Origin: Chiloscyllium plagiosum
Taxonomy: Eukaryota
Assembly (NCBI RefSeq): GCF_004010195.1
Contig: NC_057719.1
Location: 17,176,893-17,240,892, forward strand
Direction: 5' to 3'
Length of the DNA stretch: 64,000 bases
Position 1 is the stretch's first letter, and each line of letters starts with the position of its first letter. The notes under the pieces are model-generated. The model saw nothing but the letters and a program-made list of their open reading frames with translations, was not told where the DNA came from and ran no database searches. Positions 52,108-64,000 of this stretch are shown here, piece by piece. The translations under genes were made by a program, and so were the position numbers.

Positions 52108-52865
52108 AGTCATAGAGTCATAGAGTCATATGGCACAGAAACAAACCCTTCAGTCCATCTCGTTCATTCCCAAACTAAACTAGTCTAACTTGTCTGTGTT
52201 TGGTCCATATCCCTCTAAACCTTTCCTATTCATGTACCTTACTAAATGCTGCAACTGCACCAGCATCCATCACTTCCTCTAGCAGTTCATCCCACATATT
52301 GTGGGTTACTTTTTTTTTGTTGCCTGATACACTGACAAGGAGAGTGAGAATCCTCACTGTACACCGTGTGCCTGAACTCAAGCCTGAAATAGCAGGAGAT
52401 GCTGAGCAATGGGCAAAGAGGGAAAGAAACATCTTACATTCCACACATGAACATTCTCTGTGTAAAAAGGTTGACCCTCATATCCCTTTTAAATCTTTCT
52501 CTTCTCACCTTAAAAATATGCCCCCTAGTTTTGAACTCACCCATTCAAGGAAAAAGACTTTTGCTATTCACCTTCTGTATACCCCTCATGATGTTATAAA
52601 CCTCTATAAGGTTACTCCTCAACCACCTACTCTCCAGTGAAAGCCCCAGACTATCCAGCCTCTCCTTATGACTCAAACCCTCTAGTCCCAGCAACATCCT
52701 GACAAATCTTTTCTGAACCCTCTCCAATTCAATAATATCCTTTCTATAACTGGGTGACCAGAACCATACACAGTACTCTAAAATGGCCTCACCAGCATGC
52801 TGCACAACCTCAACATGATGTCCCAACTCCTATACTCAATGCTCTGAGCAATGAAGGCAAGTGTG
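52108..52865 (-). mobile_element. HER1/CR1 LINE 3' fragment carrying a foreign 139-bp insert
   Basis: Tail (agtcatag)n at 52108. Minus ORF LEYCVWFWSPSYRKD. Interrupted at 52295-52433. Confidence 0.9.
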
Positions 52866-54599
52866 GAATTATCCAAGGGAATAATGCCAAGAAACGTAAC
52901 ATTGTGCAAGGGGCAGAGTGAAGGGAAATTGCATTGCACAAAGGCAGTACGAAGGGTTTGCTACACTAAGGGGCCTACCTTCAAAACTAATGTTCAGCAA
53001 AGTTCCAATTCTCCTTCAGTAGAAGGTCTCACAGCATCATTTCAAAAGCAGATAGCTCTCCACGAGATCCTAAACAACATGTCTCCCTCAAAGTACACCA
53101 TAAAATAATCTACTTAGCTCACTGATGCTTCTGGGATCTTCCTGTGTGCAATTGGGTGTCCAACAATCATGAGAGAATAGCAAACAGACTTTAAAATAAT
53201 TACTTGTATTATATTAAAATCTTTGACCTACCTTAATATGAAGGTCACTGGACAAATGTATGTTCCTGTTACTGCTTTAATTCACTCTTTGGCTCTGGAC
53301 CTACAGCCCAAATCCAGTCGTTCACTCATCACTATCACACATCAAGATTTCATAACATCTGCATATAAAAATGCAGGCAGACAACTCATTCTCTGATTGA
53401 TATTGCTTAGGCCCCAGTCACTAGGAGAGCTGTAACAAGAGTCTGGATCAAATCCCGATGATTTTTCTTTCCCTCTTTGCCCATTGCTCAAGCATCTCCT
53501 GCTATTACAGGCTTGAGTTCAGGCACACGGTGTACAGTGAGGATTCTCACTCCCCTTGTCAGTATATCAGGCAACAAAAAAAAACCCAAAGTAACCCACA
53601 ATATGTTACAGCACAGTGGGGCTTTTCGGCCTAAACAAAAGCAAGATATATCATCAGTGCAAGGTGAGCTACTTCCCCCTCTGCAAGTTTGGAACAATTC
53701 CGAACTGCCTGAGGTTACACACTTCTCACACCCCACAAAGTATCCTTATGCTGTGATGTTACGAGGTGCACTAATTTACATATTCATTGATAAAATAAAT
53801 CAGGTCTAGATCAAAATTAAGTTACCATTTATTCCTTTTTACCAATTCCCTTCTCCTGAAGCCATTTCTTGAGAAAGCCATGGCACCAGTTATCCGTTGA
53901 CGCCATACCCAGCCTACCATTAATGCCTGAATCTTATCTGAACAATCTGCAGTCCACTAAAATCTGAAGGGGGTCATCATCAAGACTGTAAATATACACA
54001 TTTTCCTGATCTAAAGGTGATAAAGCCAATTGTCCCATTCCCACCATATTCTAACTCAGTAAATCGGTTCTGGAGCCTTGGACTGCCTCAGTTCAAATTG
54101 CTCAGTTACTTACTGGAGAAATTTGTTAAGGGAACTGGAGCATAGTGTCAGATAAATTCTGCTTGAAGCATTTCAAAGTCTACATTTTAGTGCTTGGTTT
54201 ACTGAGCCATGTCACTCATATTTGATCCACTACCATAATCTATTAAAGATAATTTATATTTTTCAAAATGAGTATCGAGACATTAATTTGCCAACGTAGT
54301 ACAACACAGTGGTCAATCAATGTATCAAACTATCTTCAAACTAATTGAGTCCAACAAACAACTCTTCCTTCAATCTGCTGGTTATGTAATAATCTGGTTC
54401 CAATTCCTAGTTTTTGAGAATTATTCCAAATCTTAGGGTTTCAGAGCTAAATCCTGAATACAAGACCATGCTGCTTTTTCTAAAGCAACACAGGCAGCAG
54501 TATGATTGTGTCATAGTGATTTTCTTATGGGAGTGCACTGTTGTCTCTGGTGATTTTGCATTTGCATGCATTGATGTTTCTGATGCCCAATCTTAGTGT

Positions 54600-55010
54600 A
54601 ACATAAGAACATGATTAGAAATTGGAGTAGGAGTAGGTAATTCAGACCTTCAAGTCTGCTCTGCCATTTGAGAAGGTTCTGGCTGACATTCTACCTCAAA
54701 TCCATCCCCTAACTCCTTTGGAGTATCCAAAAATCTGTTGACCTCTGCCTAATATCCATCCAATAACTGAGCATCCACTGGCTTCTGGGGAGAGATTTCC
54801 AAACCTTTTGAGTGAAGAATTTTCTCCTAATTTTAGCCCTCAATAGTTTTCTTATTCGTATCATGTAACCCGTTTTTGAGACTCCAGGAGAGAAGCAACA
54901 TGTTCTCAGTGTCTTCCCTGCCAAAGCCTTTATATGCTTGTATATGCTTCAAATATCCTTTTATTCTAATAAATTCAACAAGATGTTGTCCAAGTCTACT
55001 CAATCTTTCC
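54600..55010 (-). mobile_element. Old CR1 3' fragment
   Basis: acataagaac tail; minus ORF RRKFFTQKVWKSLP. Confidence 0.7.
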
Positions 55011-55779
55011 AATACTGATGATCTTAGTTGGAGACATTAGTATGGTTTAAGTGCATTTGAGAGGGTAGCACCATTAGTTGTCTTCTGAGTAATGGCAGGA
55101 TAACCCAGTTTCCACAATTACAGGAAGTTTTCCTGTCAGTCGGTGTATTCATAAGCACGATTACTGAACCATTTTGTAAGCTTAAATCGAGCAGGAGAAA
55201 ATTAATCGGTTTGGAATAAATCATTGATTTTCTTTTTAAACTGAAACCTCTTCTGGGAATTCTTGGCTGAACCATGTTGTGCAGAAACCTTTACGGGTTC
55301 CTGTCTCAGTATGACCACAAGCTCTTTTCCTTGCCATCCAGCGTAATGTTTCTTGTTGTTAACAGAATCTTCTACACTGTGAGCAAATATAACTGTCAAG
55401 GTGCAGTTATCCAGTATGGTTGCAAAACAAATTATCCCTCATTTCAAGAGAGAATTTCAGCCTTAATATCTGTCAGAGCGGAAACAAGGGATTTCTGATC
55501 CAACCCATGCTGGGATTATTTGAGGAATGTTGTTGCAGCCTGTCTTGTATTTCCCATTGGCCATTCCCGAAGCTATCTCAATCCTTTGCACCCTGACAAA
55601 CACTTATCCAAAACATGGAGGCTGGGAAAAAGATGGCATTGTAGGTCAGAAAGGGATCATATCAAAGGATGGGACTGACTTGTACCTATATTTTGTTCTC
55701 ATGTGTAAACACAGAATAAATACTGTTGCTTCCATCCTAGCAACATCCCAGCATTTATAACTTGGAAGCAGAGAATTTA

Positions 55780-57350
55780 CTTACAGTGAAATGGACTCCT
55801 GCTAACATTGCAAAAAGAATCCATTACGGGTTCATTTTGCTGTAATAATTAAGCCGAAAGTCTCCCAGAAGGGGTCTCAGCTTTCCAATGAATCAATGGT
55901 TGATTCCAAACCAATTTATTTCCTTCCTTCCAGAACCACCCCTCTCAAGCTGCACTGATTTACAAAATGGCCGTCTCTGGTCCAGTTCCTAGCTCTGTCG
56001 TAGTTTATCATTGTAATGGCCAGGCCTAATTGCAAGGGAACATAAAGTAGAAATTTTCAGCAGATGCATTCTATCTTATATTGTCTCTGGCTCCTGTCGC
56101 TCAGGGTGAAATTCTGTATATAAAGAGTTTTAGCCATGTTTTGGCTGAGAATTACTAAAAAAAAGCCCTTCATTATTTCCCCTGCTTTCCCACAATTCCC
56201 TAAAGCTACCATAGTCTTTTTTATTATTGCCTAATTGACTTATTAACAAGTCGCTAGCAATTTCAACTTAGACCGTAGTGAAATGTAGTTTTGTTAGTGA
56301 TTAATAAAATGACACATTTTCAGAGTTTTTTATTGACTTGATATTGGCAGTGATACACAGTTCATACTGAGCTGTGTATTCTACGCACTGGGGAAGCCAT
56401 ACTTCTTTACAGTGAGTGAAGATTAACTCCTTAAATTTCATAGTGAAGATTGCCGAAATACTTTGGCTGTCGGTGAGGGTCTGGCCCTGTGAAATGATTG
56501 TATTCAAAACATGCACCGCAGATATACATAAGATAAACTGCGGTTACAGGAGCATGTTGATTTTGCAATATTGTGCTTTGAAAGCTCACTACCCATCTTT
56601 GCATTTTAAGCCTGTTTTCTTACCCCTAAAAGAATGTGCATTTTAAAAGTTGCAAAGGTCATTTCCGTGGGTTAAATTTTGATCCCTGTGCCAAAATTGC
56701 TGCATCCAGGACACTCCAGAGTCTTGACACCTTACACCTCACAAACCACCGTCCAAAGCTTAATTATAAATGCTTCGGACAGAAAATGATGATGTGCGAC
56801 CAATTTATCACAGCAGAAGGAGAAGCATCCAAAACACCACAGGAAAGTCACTGAAGGTAAATAAATCTATATTTTGGTTTTTGTTGCCCACTCTAATGCA
56901 GTAGTCCATTATCAGCCGTACAACAAAAAAGCAATCCTAACTTAACCTACATCAGACACTCGCAGTCAACTGTAAATCACGTAGCTCTATTAAACTGACG
57001 TACATTTTTTTATTTTTTTCGAGATACAACTCATTAAAAATGAAAGACAGAGCTGTGCTGTGCATATTGTCTTCTGCTTATTAGACTGCTTGCCGTTTCA
57101 TCATTTGCGAAATTCATATTTGTTGAACAAGAAGGGCAGAAACAATGAGAAATCAATCTTTTTTGCTTGGCCAGATAAACACAAGACACAGAGAGACAGA
57201 AAATAGAAAGAAGCCTCCCGACGGTGATTGATGACTGAAGTAAACGTGTCAGAATGGTATTATGTAAATTACTGAAGCAACCAACCGTTCTGCAGATGAT
57301 TACAGTGGATGCAAACATTGTTTCGGTCCCCAGACGCCCATTCCTTGTTA
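55780..57350. promoter_or_regulatory. Candidate CNE/enhancer cluster
   Basis: About 1.5 kb repeat-free, CpG-retaining sequence with TAATTA, CATTGT, AAAATGGC (YY1-like) and AAGGTCA motifs. Inference only. Confidence 0.3.
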
Positions 57351-58949
57351 TTTTCCTTCCCTTGAACTACCCCAGGGTGGATTTCTCCTGACCTGGAGCC
57401 CATGAAAAAAAAACTCCAGGGACGAGCTGAAAGTTAGGAGACATCTGTTACATTTCCCCAGCAACTACCTGCCTGATTTCCACCTTCCAGACCCTCGCCA
57501 TAACATCAACTGAAGTTACATATTTTTTTCCAAGATAAGAGACGCATGATTCCAGATTTCCTTGCCACCCCCCAACCTCGCACCTCTCCACATCCCCACC
57601 CGTCCCAGCTATCAGTCTATTTCCTATCTACTGGCGCGCAGACACAAATAAAACCTAAGCTGATAATATGCATTTGTAGTCAATTTATCATGTAAAAACA
57701 ATTGATTATTGAATGATTAGGTAGATTTATTTTTTAATCTTTTCTGATGCAAGTCTAAAATTGCTGTAGATAACATCTTTCTCCTCCCCAGACGCCACAC
57801 TGGTAACATAATCCATTGAAAGCTAAATCTATCACAGGGCCTGCCTACCCTGTACTGCAGTCTTAAATCTTCAGTCTGTCTGCACAGTGCTTGTTAGACT
57901 TTGTGTCTTTTCCTCTTTCCATCGTCCTTAATCCTTCTCTAGTTCCTTTCTGCCTTTTTTTTTCCTTTAATTCACATTGCCATGTTTGTCTTTTTAGTCC
58001 TTTCAATGTCTTGGATTCTCTGCTCCTCTCTTTCTGCTACTCCCTTTTGCAGTCACCCATATCCCTTTACTCTTACCTCTATCAATTACTTACAAATTTC
58101 TATGACTCTGCTTTTAGACTCTCTTATGCCATACTCATTCCTGCTCAATGCCCAGTTCCTTTTTATAAGTTGCTCGGTGGCATAAGTCGACAGGTAAATT
58201 AATGTTCGCCTCTCACATCCCGTGATACGCTCTTTGTCCTCTTTTGCCCTTCCCTTTCTCATGCCTGTTCCATCTTGGTGCTACTTGTATTCCTTATTAT
58301 TTCTCCCCTATCCCTGTTGTGTTTCCTATATCAGATTGCGCACTGACAGTCAGAAGGGATTTCCTCCCAAACTCCCACTCCAGATCCCTGCAAACACTGG
58401 AAAAAATGACACAATAGCTGCTCACACCATTTTGTGAGGTTTATATATTGATCTTCAGCTGGGTAATCGGGAGTACTTCACAGAAAGTTTCTCCTAACAA
58501 TATTTATTTTAACCCTTGACTTGGTGCAAACAGAATGGTTCTGAAATCACTGAAATTAAAAAGAATGCTGCAGTTTGATCCAGCATGCCTGAGGTAGCTC
58601 AATGTGTATTTAATATGTTCTATAAACAGCATTCAATGTCATATAAAAGATTTCACTGCCCAAACTATGTCTGACTCAATACTGAATAAGGAGTTTGCTA
58701 TCTAGAATATATTTGGTTTGGCACCATTGGTATGGTTATACTATCCAGACTATGTTTGACATAGTCTAAAAAATAGGAAGTTGAACAGGAGCCAGCCATT
58801 TGGACTACACTGCCATTGAACAGATCACCAACGATCTTCTATCTTGACTCCTTTTTATCCATTCCCCTCATATCCCTTGATATCGTCAACATCCAGAAAT
58901 TTGCAGATTTCTGCCTTGAAACTTATTTTGGAGTCAAGGTTCAGCTTCA

Positions 58950-59750
58950 GGCAGTTCTAAGGCAGAGCATGGAAAAAAGTATTGAGGGACTGGAGTTGTG
59001 GAAGGGACCAAATTGCATCTTTCCAATATTTGATTGGAGGGAGTTTCTGCTTATTCAGTGCTGATGTGAGACAAGAGGCTGGTAATAGAGACTGTAAAGA
59101 CATCAAGAGAGCTATTAATTGGCTAAAGATTGACCTTACCAACATGCCTGTGCAGACTGTTTTTTTTTGGATGACGTCACCAATGGGCAATGTTTGGATA
59201 AGAAATAGAAGGGAACCAATGATGGATCCTTGAGGGAAACCAGGGATAATAATGTGGAAGTGGGACGGGAGGTCTTTGGTGGCATTTTTTGGCTCTGATA
59301 AGAGACACAAGAATGAATGCAGGTAGTTGTGATCCCACTCAGCTGGACTACACAGGAGAGAATGGAGTGGATGAGTCTGTCAAGGGCTGCAGACAGGTCG
59401 AGATGGCCGTGAGGAATAGTTTATCTCCCTCATGGCCACATAGAATGTCATTTGTGACTTTGCAAAGAACCAACTTGGTATTCTGACAGGGGTGGAGACC
59501 TGAGGATTTCAAGCACGGAGTTCCAGAGAAGGGAGGACTGAATTTGCAAGTTGACTTTGGAAAAAGAGGTTTAGAGGGAAGTATATTCACGCATGGAGAT
59601 GTCAAGGGTTGATTGCTTTGAAGAGAGAGGTAGGGTTGGCAGATATGAAGAGAGGAGCTCACCTGAGGAGAGAAACTTGCTAACAAGTCATTGAGAGCCA
59701 GGAAGGGAATTTAGATTATCAGTAGTTTAGTCGGAATAGGGTGGAGGGAG
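58950..59750 (-). mobile_element. Decayed L2-clade LINE RT fragment
   Basis: Minus ORFs GFPQGSIIGSLLFLI and QNTKLVLCKVTNDIL, resembling L2 RT motifs. Confidence 0.6.
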
Positions 59751-59754
59751 CAAG

Positions 59755-60258
59755 TCATAGAGCTGGACAGCGTAGAAACAGACTCTTCAGACCAATTTGT
59801 CCATGCCGACCAGATATCCTAAATTAATTTAGTCCCATTGGCCACCAAATCTCTCTAAACCCTTCCTATTCATATACCCATCCAGAAACCTTTTAAATGT
59901 TATAATTGTACCAGTCTCCACCACTTCCTGTGGCCATTCATTCTGTACATGCACCATCTTCTGCATGAAAACATTGTCCCTTAGGTCCCTTTTAAATCTT
60001 TCCCCTCTCACCTTAAACCTATGCCCTTTGGTTTTGGATTCCCCCACCCTGGGGAAAATACTTTGCCTATTTATCCAATCTATGCCCTCATAATTTTGTA
60101 AACCTCTATAAGGTGATCCCTCAGCCTGCAATGTTACAGGATAAATACCTCCAGCCTATTCAGCCTCTCCCTATAGCTCAAATGCTCCAACCATGACCAT
60201 ATTCTGCTAAATCTTTTTAGAATCCTTTCAAGCTTCACAACATCCTTCCTATAGCAGG
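59755..60258 (-). mobile_element. HER1/CR1 LINE 3' fragment
   Basis: Minus ORF GESKTKGHRFKVRGERFKRDLR. Tail gtcatagag at 59755. Confidence 0.9.
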
Positions 60259-62689
60259 TGGGTTTTTAATTGAGGAATGGTATTAGTAGTGAAAGGAGAG
60301 AAATTAGACAACGATAAATATTTTTGTGCAGGGCTACATGACTATATTTAAAGATATTGTATCCATAATTAATTTAATAAAGCTTATAGAACACTAAAGA
60401 TTGTTGATATTAGCACATGATCATCCAGTACTTTCATGTAACAGCGCTTTGCATGCTATTTCAATGTAACATTCAACAAAAAAAAACTTGTATTCAGGTG
60501 AATGATAGAGGAACATCATTTCAATATATTAAACATTGATTCTACAATATAGTCAAAAGGAACTTCCAGTTTTTTATGTTGCTAATCTATTCGGGATCAG
60601 AGAATGTAAAACATAAATCTAGTTACAAAGAATGAATTCTATCTTTTCCATATTATGCTTTAATTTTCATCTTTATCCTGCTCACAGCACCTTTATAAAT
60701 GCAGACACCTGTGATGATACTTCTCATAACATTAATAGATGTCAGTGGTAAATTGCAAGTGAGCACCAAGTTGAAATGTAAAAACCCAGGTTCAAAAACT
60801 CAAAAACAAGCAGCTGCAAGGTCCACTGTCAGTCATGCTGTTCCCAGTGATGCCTGTGGGATGCTGGTTTGTGACAGACTGTAGCTGGCTGCTCCTAAAG
60901 CCCCAACACCATGTTAATGGTGCTTTCTCCTGTTCACACGCTAACCACCACACAGCTGGAGTACTTCAGAGGTAAAACATTGCACTGGAGGATACGCGCC
61001 AGCTCTTTCAGTGACCACATTTTATTAGCTCTTGGCAAGGCAGCTAGATGGAGCTACAGTGGCAGAGGCCTGAGAATCTGAAGTGAAAGACTTGCAAGCA
61101 AACCTTCCCCCTGCACAGGTACATCTTGGGTTGACTGATCAGTAAAGCAGCATTGACATTAGCACTTGAACAGGCTCAAGGCCCATCCCACTCCATCCGA
61201 CTGACTTGAGCAGATCTATAATGCAAGATGACATCAATGGAAAACTAATTCAGATTAGGAGAGGAAGGAATCTATTTGTAATGAAAAGTTACTGAAGAGT
61301 AAGATCGTTGTTTTATTTATCAGATTTGGATGTTTTCAATTTTCAGAATCTGCTTTTGACATAAGTTCACCATCAGATACCCTTCGTGAGAAAAAATATG
61401 CAGTACATAAAGTTTTGAGAATTGAATACATTCCTCCAAACTTTACATTTACACAATAAGATAAGGGCAGCATGATTCTATTTTTGCCCCATGTAATGAT
61501 AATAATGACAACATCAGTAAATACACTCAATGCCCTATCATTGTATTCTTGCCTAATTTTAACCTCTTCTGACTCACTGTTCTCTTATGAAAAACACTAC
61601 AAACTGATAGGAAAAAGACTCATTTCTCCCACTGATCCAACACAAGTACAATGCCTTGTATGTTACGACATGTACTTGGAGTAACCACCCAGCTAAGAAG
61701 CCATCTGAAGGGAAAAATAAAGATTAAAATCAAGGAAAATTAGGGAACAGTTCTGGAAAAGTTTTTTTTCAACACCCGTAATCTATTCAACTACTGTAGG
61801 AGAATACTCTGGGCACGATTTATGTTCTGTAGCGACTACTTTATATATGAGGAACAACATCTGGCCCAGTACTCCAAAACCATTGTCAGCCTAAAAGGTG
61901 AATTCTGTAATGCTCTTTTGTCAAGCATCATAAGCAATAAGTGAAAAATCTGCCCCTCTGTCAAGATCCAAAACTGTGCTCTGTCGTTTTCTGAGCTGTT
62001 CCATTTTTTTTTTAACAAGACTGTAAAATTTGCTAACATCTAATTCTGTCACACAATTCCCATCTCCAACAACTTAGTGGAAACTTGTGGTGAGTGGAGT
62101 CTTATCTTATCGTAATACTCCTTCAGCACGCTAGAATGAGTGACACCAGTCCCTTGTGACTTCAGAAGTTATCTTTTGAACTATTTTACTTAAAATCTTA
62201 ACTTTTTAAAAATGAAAGTCACAGTTTGAGGCACTTTTCTGTATTTCCCAGGTACCATTGTAGTCAAAACATTCACCATCCTCTGTGTAAACTGAGGTAA
62301 AATGTTTATCAACAATCCCTCATTGAGGCAGCTGCCTACTCTCTACACCCACAAATGCAGTTCTTTTTATCTTTAAGTGAGATTATTGAGATCTACTATT
62401 TAGATATTCTGACCCGTGTGGCTATAAAACTCTCTTCTATAGTTATTACATGCATTTGCTTCATGTTTCATTTGGGTCCCCTCCTTTCATTCAATCATAG
62501 GAGAAGATGGTATTGTGGTAACATTACTGTAATAACGCATTCAAATCCCATCATGGCATAAACTGAACAAATTAATAAATCTGATATAAAAAGCTGGTCT
62601 CATTAATAGTGATCACAGTAGTGTCATATTGTCATAACAACTCATCTGCTTCATGGATGTTCTTCAGGTGAGGAAATCTGTCACCTTTA

Positions 62690-62922
62690 AACTGAGGGGC
62701 AACATTTCCGCACAGAGGGTGGAATGAAATGCCAGAGGAAGTGGTGGAGGTGGGTTCAATTACAACATTTAAAAGACATTTGGACAGGGAGATGGATAGG
62801 AAATGTTTAGAGGGATATGAATAAAGTGCAAGTAAATCAGTCTAGTTCAGTTTAGGAAACCTAGTCATCATGGATGAGTTGGGCCTAAAGGCCTGTTTCT
62901 AAGCAGTATGACTCTATGACTC
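62690..62922 (+). mobile_element. HER1 LINE extreme 3' fragment
   Basis: ctgaggggcaacattt...tatgactctatgact tail. Confidence 0.85.
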
Positions 62923-63207
62923 GAGCCTACATGTGACTCCAGATGCACAGTCGCAAGGTTGACACTTGATTACCCTCTGTTATGGCCTTGAGTGTCATTC
63001 TGTTGTAGCAAACTGTTACATTAAAAATGTACAGAAATAAACCAGGCACACCGCCTGGCATCAACCTAGGTCCAGTTGACTTTACAAGCTGCTCCTTATC
63101 AACATCTGAGGAAGTCAACCAAAACTGCAAGAGTTACCCAACTGACTAGAAAATCAACAGCTGGATACAGTCAAGTTCATTGAATCACAACCAATTGCCA
63201 TCAGTCA

Positions 63208-63418
63208 GTATTTCACAGAACCCCTACAGTGTGGAAGTAAGATATTCAGCTCATCAAGTCTACGCTGACCGTCCAAGCAGTATCCCACCCAGACCAACCC
63301 CACCCCTGTAACACTGCAATTCCCGAGGCTAATCCACCTAGCCTGCATATCCCTGGACACTATGGAAAATTCAGCATGGTCAATCCACCGAACCTGCACA
63401 ACTTTGGACTGTGGGAGG
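63208..63418 (-). mobile_element. 5'-truncated HE1-type SINE
   Basis: Reverse complement of the SINE 3' half (cctcccacagtccaaag...ctgtaggggttctgtga). Confidence 0.85.
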
Positions 63419-63728
63419 ATATAGTCAAATTCACTGAATCATAGCCAATGTTTCAGACATCTCGATTGCCATCAATGATTCTTTCCTATACCACTAGCAG
63501 GATATACCCACCTGAGATGGTGCCACATCGTATAGATTTCAACCCTGGCAGTCTTCAACATTGATTCTGGGACCCAGGAACTCTCATGGCATCAGGCCAC
63601 ATATAGTCAAGGAATAACCTCGCTGATTATCACCTACTACTCTCTCTCAGTTGATGATTCACCACTCAAATGTTGGACACCACTTGGAAGAAGCACTGAG
63701 GGTAGCAATGGCCTGGAATATATTCCAG

Positions 63729-63968
63729 GTGGAGGTGGGTACTGCAGATGCTGGAGATTAGAGTCAAGATTAGAGTGGTGCTGGAAAGGCACAGCAGGTC
63801 AGGCAGCATCTGAGGAGCAGGAAAATTGATGTTTCGGGCAAAAGCCCTTCATCAGGAATCTGAATCACCAGTCCTGATGAAGGGCTTTTGCTGAAACATC
63901 GATTTTCCTGCTCCTCAGATGCTGCCTGACCTGCTGTGCTTTTCCAGCACCACTCTAATCTTGATCCA
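63729..63968. mobile_element. PLE family-1 palindromic mini-element with a hammerhead core on each strand
   Basis: Arms 63764-63857 and 63872-63964 (about 4 differences), 14-nt loop, 35-nt unpaired tail. 13-bp TSD gaatatattccag at 63716-63728 and 63969-63981. Confidence 0.92.
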
Positions 63969-64000
63969 GAATATATTCCAGTTAAAGGTTATCAATAACA

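Larger units (their letters stand above)
62500..64000 (+). mobile_element. 5' region/APE start of an old CR1/L2-type LINE hosting three nested insertions
   Basis: ttcaaatcccatcatggc, ggaaatctg..ccttt, cctacatgtgactccag, then degenerate APE-like coding (ctcatggcatcagg, caccacttggaagaagcactgagggtagca). Confidence 0.55.

Noticed and set aside
53460-53605. H/ACA snoRNA as donor of the inverted insertion
   Set aside because: One plausible hairpin exists, but there is no well-placed ANANNA H box or second pocketed hairpin.
57880-58330. Hydrophobic short ORFs
   Set aside because: Pyrimidine-rich low-complexity DNA produces F/L/S-rich ORFs by chance, with no splice or homology support.
63764-63964. 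MITE with TIRs or a pre-miRNA
   Set aside because: The arms are PLE terminal sequence (same as 6925-7020), the element is asymmetric with a tail, and the TSDs are long and variable. Small-RNA production cannot be judged from sequence.

Overview
Eukaryotic, repeat-rich, mostly non-coding DNA, most likely from a shark (inferred from HE1-type SINEs and HER1/CR1-type LINEs that share 3' tails). There is no complete host gene. The longer ORFs I can recognise are pieces of retroelements: CR1/HER1 and L2 LINEs, a decayed Gypsy LTR element, and a Penelope-like element (PLE) that spans a 907-nt N gap. One convincing minus-strand host exon lies at 19705-19848 (it may start MLPNFQSILPQR), with a possible TATA/Inr first exon upstream. 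Several repeat-free blocks look like enhancers or conserved non-coding elements (CNEs). The most notable system is a set of about 10 short PLE-derived elements from three sequence families. Most carry minimal hammerhead-ribozyme cores (CUGANGA...GAAA). Five are long palindromes with an unpaired tail, and most are flanked by 10-17 bp target-site duplications (TSDs). There is also a 139-bp inverted, locally templated insertion inside a LINE and a 24-bp exact copy 605 bp from its source. Family names come from motif recognition only, without database searches. Boundaries of old repeats are approximate.
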